This document shows positions 12,301 to 21,687 of a stretch of DNA of 64,000 bases, piece by piece (the stretch's first letter is position 1; each line of letters opens with the position of its first letter). The DNA is from Antedon mediterranea (taxonomy: Eukaryota; Animalia; Echinodermata). The stretch spans positions 5,920,201 through 5,984,200 of the forward strand of contig NC_092679.1 of assembly GCF_964355755.1 (NCBI RefSeq), written 5' to 3'. The notes under the pieces were generated by a model, which worked only from the letters and a program-made list of their open reading frames with translations, did not search any database and was not told where the DNA came from. The position numbers and the translations under genes were made by a program.

Positions 12301-15300
12301 CTACGTGTGCACCGCGTGCGTCAAAATTTTCGCGCGCGTGGGAATTTTTGACATGCTCAAAATGACATGAAACGCATAGAAAGTTAATTAGAAGTTGATT
12401 TTTCGCATCCTAAAATTTTAAACGCGCGTGCGCGCGTAACTTTTTGTCAAACATGCTATTTTTAATCCATAGAAAGTTTGCGCTTGATATGACTTAAATT
12501 TTCACAAAGCGTCAAAACAAAATTATGTTTGGTTTTTAGTCTATGATCAATCATTGAAATTCATAAAATCGCGCTTAAGTCACGTTGCGCAACTCTGACG
12601 TCATTCAAAAATAGGAGGTGCACAAGTTCACGTGAATGTCGATATGTTGACAAAGTTACGATATGTTCTGTTTACACGTTTTAGAGAAACGCGACGCACA
12701 AAAATGACAGAAAGAAAGAAGTATAATACAGAAAAAAAAAAATTTGATGAAACAGGACGATTACAAGGAGTTATCCGCTACTAAGCGGATAACTAATTAA
12801 AAATCTGAGAGACTGAGGCAAGAAAACTCTTCTATATCATGGACCAGTTGATACTACCATGGTTACCCTCAGTGTTACTGGGTCACAAGGGCAGCATTAG
12901 CCTAGCTTAAAATTCTTTTTTTATGTTCCTAAACACCTGCTGGTAGAAAATATTAAAAATTCATCCTCATGAAAAATTACAACAGGTGTATAATATTAAA
13001 AAGGCATTACAAAGTGATAACTATTGTAACACTTGGTGAAGTTCTGAGTCTGGAAAAGCCAGGCTCAATGGACTGCAGAGGCAGCACAAATGGACCAATG
13101 AAATAGGAAAGCAAAGCACCGCTGGACCAGACAAGGCACCAATGGTATAGGTAACACCACTGGATCAGATGAGGCACCAATGGTATGGGGAAGCACAAAT
13201 GGACCAGAGGAGGCACTAATGGACCAGAGCAGGCCCTATGAACAGGAAGAGGCACCAAGCATTTTTCTGGCTACTATTTGATAGTGCGTAGATAAAGGTG
13301 GTATTATATTAATTGTGTAGCAATTGGCTATGCTACTGGTGGAATGTAATGTGTTATGTTAAATATGGACTGTACAGTATTATTTACCAATTATTTTAAC
13401 TGAACCTATTTGGTTGCATGCTGATGAATGTGTTCATCAAAACATAATTTTGTCATACCTTTATAATTATTAAATTATAAGTACACCTTATGAATTATTT
13501 ACATAAATAACATCATAACCAATTATGATATTGATTTAATGTTTTGATGTCCCAATGTGATCAAGGTTAAAACATTGTAAAACATTGTAAACACTGGCAT
13601 ACTATTTCTCATACATTTTCAAAACACCACCACAAAATTATTAATGTAGTTTTAAGTATGGTAATTCAGTCTTGGAGGCGTGGCAAAAATTTTGAATTTC
13701 TGGTATCAGGGATATTTAGTTCAACTTTGTCAAATATAATATTGATGTATTGTTTTTATAAATAGTCAAGTAGCATTAACTTTAAACACCAATAATTACT
13801 TACTTAATTCTTTTTTTTTAAATCATTTAACCAAAAGCTAAACAAATTTAAACATTTGCAGATTTTTCAACCCAAATGAATTAAAAATCAGGAGAATATA
13901 CCACCACCAACGTTAACACTATGAAGTATATTGCCACCAACGTTCAGGGAGACCGGGAGGTGATGTTAAAATTCAGGAGACTCCCGAATAAATCGGGAGG
14001 GTTGGAACATAATGCATTTGTAACCATTTACAGTGTACTCAAACTTGGTTGCACATTTGCAGAATTAAGCAAATTACCAATAAATATAGTTGTAAATACC
14101 TGTTGAGATGCGATGATAGGTAAGATAGCGATAATAACCCCAATGGCAATTAATGAACAATACCTGTGACGAATAAAATAAAAATCAGAACACTTGTTAG
14201 CAGTAAAGTAAACATGTTGACATCACATTATCTTTCATTGAACTTGACTAACTACAGTATATATATAATACGCCGTGGCTAAAGATACGGTACCGTATCC
14301 TAACTTCCGTTTGCTAAAGGTACGGTAAAATTGCATTACGTCATAATCAGCCAATGGTGTGCTGGTAGGTGTGTGACGTCATCGTATAAGGACTTTGGAT
14401 TTTTTTTCATATCACGAAAACAGTGATCAACCGGCGGCTTAACATTTTCTTTATGCTTCATTTATTGCTATTATCGCCGTCGTGTGAAACTAAATGTAGC
14501 CTACATCTGTTATTATTGAAAGGCCAAAACATGTTGATTTTAATTCTAGAATACAGAAAACCGTTTCAAAAGAGGCCTACTACGTACTATAACCATGCTA
14601 TAACCTATAGCCTTAGTATATGAGTTTGTTTGTTTGTCTGCATGTGTGCGCTGATTTCTGTGACTCAGCCCTGAGGCTAGGCCTACTGTCTAAATCATAG
14701 AATTTGAGGGTCCCTTTATTGTCCGCATTTTTTGTTTATGGTCACCATCTGTATACAAAGTTTAATAAAAAAAATATATGCCTAGGCCATTTGGAATAAA
14801 AATAAAACCCTCATAGTAACTATGGACGTATTCAACATTGCTAAGTCACAGAATCAGCGCACACATCCATGCAGCCTGGCGCCGCCGATAGGCATTCTCT
14901 ACAGACGCGATGTGAAAAAAATCCAAAGTCCTTATACGATGACGTCACACACGTACCAGCACCCTATGGACTGATTATGACGAAATGCAATTTTAACGTA
15001 CCTAAATAGTAAACGGAAGTTAGGATACGGTACCATATTTTTAGCCACGGCGTATATAATAATTAATAGTATTCTGTCAAAAATACATGTTATCAAAAAG
15101 TAATTCATAACTTCATTTTAGCTGGGATCTGCACGCACTTGTATTTGATAAAATATAAAGTAATACGTAATAAAAAAAAATTAAAAGTTAACAAATTAAT
15201 TATGAAGTAACAACCATTCAATCTTGTACATATACTACTAATACTATAGGCTACTGTCAGCAGTGGTGTTAAGAAAAAAAGAGAAAAAAAACAAACATTT

Positions 15301-15452
15301 TTTTAACCAAAAAATTATTGCCAAAAATAATCAATTTGAGTGATTGAACAACCAAATAAATACGAATCACACAGAAGAACTTGAATAATAATATTTGTGA
15401 CAGTTTTATTTATAACTTACCAACAACAGCAACAACGTAGGCCTAGTTCCAT
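390..15452 (-). CDS. PAPLN: Papilin / ADAMTS-like extracellular matrix protein, 5' part (gene continues beyond base 1). Exons: 15452-15421, 14163-14100, 10253-10162, 7697-7546, 6669-6530, 516-390
   Basis: Spliced translation [93 protein letters not shown]...[29 protein letters not shown]...[37 protein letters not shown] signal peptide followed directly by a TSP1 repeat and the ADAMTS Cys-rich module, with no protease domain, is the papilin cassette. All junctions are GT-AG with matching phases. Papilin versus another ADAMTSL is a judgement call, and the first exon is the least certain. Confidence 0.8.
1835..1922. mobile_element. PIF/Harbinger-like MITE family 1 (TIR AGCTCTGTCTACACTATCAAACT); other copies at 2684-3539 (interrupted), 19317-19450 and 24511-24638
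   Basis: ~23-bp TIRs; 3-bp TAA or TTA duplications at 1832/1923 and 19314/19451. Confidence 0.7.
2840..3518 (+). mobile_element. Non-autonomous Helentron-type element (HINE/DINE-like), family A, nested in a MITE
   Basis: 5' ACCTCCGCCAAGGAGGT, (GTTT)n microsatellite, subterminal inverted copy GGCGGAGGT, short hairpin CTCTCGGAG and 3' CTAG; inserted in a T run with no clear TSD. Confidence 0.7.
4061..4417 (-). mobile_element. 5S rRNA-derived SINE (SINE3-type): 5S head ~4417-4303, unique body, A-rich tail
   Basis: Minus strand reads TACGGCTTTACCACGTTGAAACACCGGTTCTCGTCAGATCACCGAAGTTAAGCAACGTGGGCCTGGTTAGAGCTTGGATGGGAGACAATCTGGGAATAGCGGGTGCT, a near-full diverged 5S with box A and box C. There is no oligo-T terminator; ~210 nt of body follow, then AATAAAATAAAAAAATAAAAATAAAA. 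Confidence 0.8.
4471..4644 (+). mobile_element. Short Penelope-like (pLTR-type) retroposed repeat with hammerhead motif, copy 1
   Basis: Flanked by the 14-bp direct repeat TATATATGGAAATA (4457-4470 and 4645-4658). The same sequence recurs at ~20777, ~37999, ~38591 and ~61751. Confidence 0.7.
4481..4517 (+). ncRNA. Minimal type I hammerhead ribozyme motif
   Basis: GCA-CTGATGA-A-GGGC(TAGTGTT)GCCC-GAA-AGCT-C-TGC: complete core, 4-bp stem II, palindromic AGCT in place of stem III, UC cleavage site and stem I GCA/TGC. Confidence 0.7.
11223..12796 (-). mobile_element. Non-autonomous Helentron-type element, family B (~1.57 kb)
   Basis: On the minus strand: 5' palindrome AGTTATCCGCTTAGTAGCGGATAACT, subterminal repeat AGCGGATAACT, 3' hairpin ACTCGTCAAAGTGACGAGT and terminal CTAG followed by TT. 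CpG-rich compared with the host intron. Confidence 0.75.
13080..13258. repeat. Degenerate ~19-bp tandem repeat
   Basis: Recurring GGCACCAATGGACCAGA-like units. Confidence 0.6.
14271..15052. mobile_element. Mutator-like (MULE) MITE with ~140-bp TIRs and 9-bp TSD
   Basis: Ends CGCCGTGGCTAAA...TTTAGCCACGGCG; TSD TATATAATA at 14262-14270 and 15053-15061; extra internal inverted pair near 14640 and 14850. Confidence 0.8.
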
Positions 15453-18272
15453 TATGTTCGTATACTGCCCCACCAGTGTCTAGCAGGATGACAGGTATTA
15501 CTCAACTTACTGACCAGCAGTGTGACAGTGGCCCAATTTTCAGAAAATTGAACAGTTCACAGTAGATATAAATACGAACAGAGTTTGCTTGCTTTTATTC
15601 AATCCCTAAAGCACAATTTGTACCTTAACATTGAAGGTATTTTAGGCAAGGAATCTAAAAATGGTACTATATCCTAGGCCCAAACCCTAAGTATCCAAGG
15701 AATGACAGCTCGCCTAAATGAATTCATTATTTATCGCCTGCCCACACCACCACCAACTTTCAAAACACACACACACACACGTGTGTAGTTTTATGGATTC
15801 GTCGATTTAATAATACCTGTAGGTATTTCACAATATTTATGTGACTTATCCACTTATTAAAATCAACATTTAACAAAATCTTTAAAAAGTATTACTGTTA
15901 TTTTAAAACCCCAAATTTTATTCTTAAAAAATAAAACTATTTACAAATGTTTTTGCAAAATATAAATATACATATTTTTACCGACAATTTTAATGTAGGA
16001 GTCCAAAACTTTAGTAACCGCACGCTGGCGCTATACAACTTTAAAAGAACTTTGACGCTGCAACTAACCTTGTACAGTGTACTATATATAGAACTATAAT
16101 GCATTGTTTAATATAATTATTGAGTTTACACCAGATTTTTTTGCTAATTATAGCTATAAGACGACTTTTTAAAATAACAGAATAAAAGTTCAAAAATATT
16201 TTTCTAAGAATGTTTTCCTTTCTTAATTCCTTTTATACATATTATTGCTTATATTAATTTGTTACATTTGAATTTTAAAACCAGTTATTTTATAGCGTTT
16301 TATGTGGATAAAAGAAAGAATAACGACGCCCTCAATATTTTTACAAACTTCAAACTTGCTTCAAATAGAAAGAAGACACATTTATAACTAGCAAAATTAT
16401 TCAAAAATTATTCATTTTGAAATTAAATCAGGATGAGTCGAAACACAGGTGGTTCGGCGTCGGTCCAAACGAGCCACTTGAACTATGGCTCAATGCACTG
16501 TGTAGGCCACTGGTGGCATGAATAATACCAGTATTAGGTGTCCCTACAATGGAATGTGGTCCCTCTGCTTATTAATTCCAGTATAATGAGTTACTTTCCG
16601 GCATAAATACGCTTGAAAAACGAGAACGAGATTTCGAATCTCACTTTTGTAATCATACCATACATCATCATTTAATTTTTAGCCTCTACAATTTAAACGT
16701 TTTTATCTCTAAATGGGGGATAGTAATCAGGTTAGGGGCTGCTGGCGACCCCCTTTTCACATCTAGTTCACACCTAGTACTGCTATAAATTAGGAAACTC
16801 TATCACTGCCTGAACTACCAATGCTCTCGATGTAATGATGAAGGTTTATGACCTAGTTTGGTTCTTAAGTTTTACTCTCTCGGTCGCGAGCTAGCTATCA
16901 AGAGGCAATTACATTCTTGGAAGTTGATAAACGGTTCAACTCCTATATACGTTGCATTGCTATGCCATACTTATGTGCTTTGTTCTTTACTATGAAGCCA
17001 CCGCTAATTGAATCATTAATGTTATAATTTTTGCAGTTCAAAAGGGTTGATTGAAATTTAATGAAATGTCAGTAGCGTTCATAGCCTATACTTCTTGGTA
17101 CTGACTATCTCTTTTCAATTAATATATATTGAACAATGTGAGAAATTGTTGGCGTAGGTTGAAGTCATTCACCCGAGACGCGTCGACTGTGGTAACTAAG
17201 CGATAAGATGACGCACTTTTCCTTGATGTTAAGTACGTCAACTTACCGATAAGAAAGCGAATTGCGGATTAATATCGTCAGGAGATTGATTGGATAGATA
17301 AAGGCAGATGGTACGTTTACATAATTTGATGTGGGCGTTCTACGCGGGGACTACATTCATTTAAACTTCACATTTTTTAATGCGCATCATTTAATTTACT
17401 CTCATTAATGTCAATAGACCCAGCGGAAGCCGAACACAGCAATCTCTATAAAATCGTCTTTCAAGAATCGTTACGAATTAACAATTAAAAACGTAGAAAC
17501 GAATTCATTTACGATTAAAAAGATTTTTTGTTAGAAACTGAATGTCTCAGATCATATATACGGCGCGTAAAGAAAGTCGCCGTTTATTGGGTTAAACACG
17601 CGTCAACATTTTCACGCGTGTCGTTAACTCAATTTAAATTGTAAGCTACAAATGATACTGTATCCTACTTTATTAAGCAAAGGGTGCAGACATTGGCTCA
17701 CTAAACTCGCAAAGCTGTAATTAAAATAATATCGGCATCTATTATTGTTTAAGCTTGGTTCCCACTTGTAGCCTACTTAAGTCGCAACTCAAAATAGACA
17801 TGGGTGCAACGCAAGTGAGTTGACCAATCACAAGCGGCAGTTTCATGATCCGGCCATCGCGTCGTGATTGGTCAAATAACCTGCTGTAAAGGTGAATGGC
17901 TGCCCTATAGAACCATCACCACAAATCAGATTTATGAATTACATTTATTATATTTTAGAATAGGCCTAACTTGGATTTAAAGGTTTTGATGAAATGACGT
18001 GGTGGTGGGCGGTGTAACGAGTCGCCATTATACTTTTCCCATTACAGAACATACAACATAAATCATTCAAAGCTTATATCAATGATTTCAAAATAAGACA
18101 AAAATAGATATTTTTATACTAGAAATAAACTAGTTTAATATGATCAAATTAATTGATGTCTTCTTCGCAGAATAGATTCGCTTCAATTCTATACAATTAT
18201 CTCATATCGTGCAATAGCTAGTCGAATTAACGAACAGGCCTAAATTTGAAGAATACAGTAGGCCTATATATT

Positions 18273-18781
18273 TTTTTTTTTTTATCTTATGTGGGTTCAT
18301 CCCACTTTTATTTCCATACCACTGTTCTCTTTACATATATTTTTCACTATACACTATACATATCATTATATTTACAATGTTTGTTTAATCATCTGTATAC
18401 ATATACTTATTTAAAGAGTTTTATTCATTTGTTTACATATTATCACATTGATTACATAGCTTCCTCTTTTTAAACATATTATCTGTAACACATTTTCATT
18501 AACAAGCTTATTTTTTTTCTTACATAGTTGTTTTTGATTTTTTCATCTACCACATTTTCATTTAACAATGCATATTCTCTGTTATACTCATTACTTACTA
18601 CATGTTTACTGTTAACATAATATTGTTCTCATCCTTTAACATTAATATTAATATTTTTGTTCTTTAATGTTTACAAAACCAGCAGATCCTTTTTTGCATC
18701 TATAACTTCTTAAAATTTTCATTTAACTTTTTTACTTTCTTCTCTTATGTGGATTCCTTCCACTTTTTTTTTTACTTATTT

Positions 18782-18822
<41 letters not shown>

Positions 18823-18956
18823 ATTTCCATATATTATTTTGTTTATACATACATTATCATTTAACCACATTGATTACATAGTTTCCTCTTTTTATACATA
18901 TTATCTATAACACATTTTCATTAACAAAGCTTATTTTTTCTTACATAAAAAAAAAA
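18273..18956 (-). mobile_element. Unclassified retroposed insertion with 16-bp TSD and internal direct repeat
   Basis: AGTAGGCCTATATATT at 18257-18272 and 18957-18972; T-run at the left end; ~18285-18525 is imperfectly repeated at ~18743-18946. Confidence 0.6.
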
Positions 18957-20776
18957 AGTAGGCCTATATATTAGAAAGCGACATGGTTTCAGTTTAAACC
19001 ATAATCTTTAATAGGCACACCTAGGCAATTCTCAGTATTGTATCATTTTTATTAGTATAATAGCATATTCTGTAAAACACTATCACGTACATATGAAACA
19101 TATATGAATCACATGTGCGCATCCTTTTTTTGTAGATTTCCATTGGACCAGTGTAGGCCTAGATACGCATCGCTATCTTTAGCGAGTAGACGCCATAATA
19201 CCTGGGTAAATAACTAAGCCTGGACTGATAAACTAAACCATCTGTCTTGTTGGAAGGTAAAGCAAATCAAATTGGAGAAGATAGGCCTAATAAAGTAGAA
19301 AAATAAAAGGTCATTAAGCTCTGTCTACACTATTAAATTTTATATTACAAAAAAGGTGTTGTGCTCATTATGGACACGATGATGTCAAATTATTTACTAC
19401 CATATTTGGGCACATCAAACTTTTTTTGTTAAAGTAGTGTAGACAGAGCTTTAACCGCTCATACATTCAACCCCATAATTTGGCGTATTTCATATGGTCT
19501 AAGAATAAACAAACACGGTCTTACAGGTTTTCTTAATAATGTCTGATTTTACCGCACTCTCATTAGTATTTAAAATACTGTGTGGGTAGATACCACTAAA
19601 CTAGGCACTAAAATTCCTGGAAAGAACCATGTATTGGAATCTATTAAGTACACTAGTTCATTATCCGAACCGACAATGTGCTTAGGCCCTACTACCTCAT
19701 TGGTGATGTAGGTCTAAGTTGATTAAGTTCCCTGATTGTCAAAAATGTCTTTTTTTTTTAAATCACTATTTAAAAAATCTTGTCGGAAATGGCAACGGAT
19801 ATGTATCGGCCATTTATTGAGAATCTTACGTGCATCCTAGGCAGTAAGGAGTATCTTCAATCTGTATTCCGTCACGTGGTGTGGCTTGTACTGAAATAGG
19901 CCATCAACTACTGGGAATGACGTCATATAGTCACGCGTCTCATCGTTAAAAAATGAAACTACTGTCCGAAGTCAATTGTAAAAGATCTATCAATTGAGAT
20001 AGATGTGATTTATACGTTGTAATAAATCTGAAATTATTCATGATTCCAACTGCTTAGCTTAATTTTTAAACGTTTTCATTCAGATGGATTTGACTGAATG
20101 CCAGATTTTAATGACGTCATCAGTTAGGACGAGAAATAATGATGCGATCAACACAAGACAAAAGAAAGTAGTACTATTGCGGAGACGTTTAATTCATGTC
20201 AAACTAATAATAATATTTGAATATAAAAACAAATTCATATAACACACACTCACTAGCTTGAATGTGGATTACCACTACACGGGGAAACGCGAGCTATCGT
20301 ATTGGCGGTCGGTTTCTACCTCCTCTTACGTTTCCAACTCTAAAACGAAACATGTTATCTAACCAATCAATCTCTGGACTATATTAATCCGCAATTCGCT
20401 TTGTAAGCGGTAAGTTGACGACAATATTGATCGATCGATCGATTGATTGATCCTATTAATCGATATAATTCTCATATACTGCAACTTTTATAAGTAGGTC
20501 TCCAACCGCGAATACATTAAAAGTTGATTCAAATTAAGTTTTAAAACACGTGAAACGCACACGTTCCTAAGTCTGAGAAATGAATGACTTAGTTGCCTTT
20601 TTTTACGAAGCACTAATCCACCCCCGCGATACTTGAAATCATTTAGGATGACATACATTCATATCAGCAAATTATACATTATTTTCTATGCTAATGTTAT
20701 CTTTTTGATACATGTCATAATATATAATAATGATTATTATTATTGTATTTATTATATAGTATATTAAATAGTTACT

Positions 20777-20910
20777 AGTTTGCTAACTTTTCTGGCTCTT
20801 TTACTTTATCGTTTTGATTTAGCTTTTCGCTTCTTTTTTTGTATCTCCATTGAGATCCAGCCACTGAAACCCAAAGCATTGTAATGTTTTCAGTAATTTG
20901 CCTTTGGATT
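20777..20910 (+). mobile_element. Penelope-like repeat copy 2, 5'-truncated (no hammerhead core)
   Basis: Matches 4515-4644; flanked by the near-identical repeats TATATTAAATAGTTACT and TATATTTAATAGTTACT. Confidence 0.7.
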
Positions 20911-21012
20911 TATATTTAATAGTTACTTTAGGCCTATATTTCATTTTTTTGTTCTGTTGAGAGAATGCTTTATATTTGTGAAAAGACAATATATAGCGAT
21001 AATAATTAAATA

Positions 21013-21232
21013 TCAGATGTTTTGCCCTACTCTGACGTAATGTGTACTTATACTAAGTACATTGAGAATAATTGCGAAAAAATACGCAAGTAATTCTCGA
21101 GTGGGACTCGAACCCATCCACGAACCCACCCACGACCACCGATCACTAGCATTTCAACCTCTAGACCATCCAAGTATTCTCAATGTACTTAGTTAAAGTA
21201 CAAATTACGTCAGAGTAGGGCAAAACATCTGA
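21013..21232. repeat. ~58-bp inverted repeat enclosing a tRNA-like segment
   Basis: Arms at 21013-21070 and 21175-21232; the loop on the minus strand has TGGTCTAGAGG and GGTTCGAGTCCC. Confidence 0.7.
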
Positions 21233-21389
21233 CCAATTACTCAACACCCTGACGCAAAGTTACTCCACAGTAACAATTCAATAGTAGTAACCGTTTTCTG
21301 GACAATATAACCATATAGTAAAAACAGTGTTAGAAAACCAATCCTTTTTGGGAAGAGAGGATACTGGGCTATGTATTATATATGCTTAA

Positions 21390-21687
21390 AGATATATTGT
21401 CCCTCTGAAAAAAATAATTCTTAACAAAATTTTTGTTGAATATGTCATCTTAATTTAACATAATAGTTATCCACTTTGACCAAAAATTGGATCGAAAAAA
21501 AATGTACTTACCAGAAAAAACTGTAATTTTGGCTGCCAGCCAATGGGTTTTTGGTTGAATTTAGCAATTTTTTTGTCATTTTGTAAGTAAACAAAATTTT
21601 TTTTTAATTTGTTTATTCTATGGAAGTGATTAACTTTCTTAAAACTACAAATCTTCATTTTTCATGTTTTTGTGGGACAATACATCT
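21390..21687. mobile_element. Kolobok-like (TTAA-target) MITE; related copies at ~127-331, ~6740-6965 and ~63085-63397
   Basis: TTAA-AGATATATTGTCCC...GGGACAATACATCT-TTAA; internal sequence is shared with the other copies. Confidence 0.6.
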
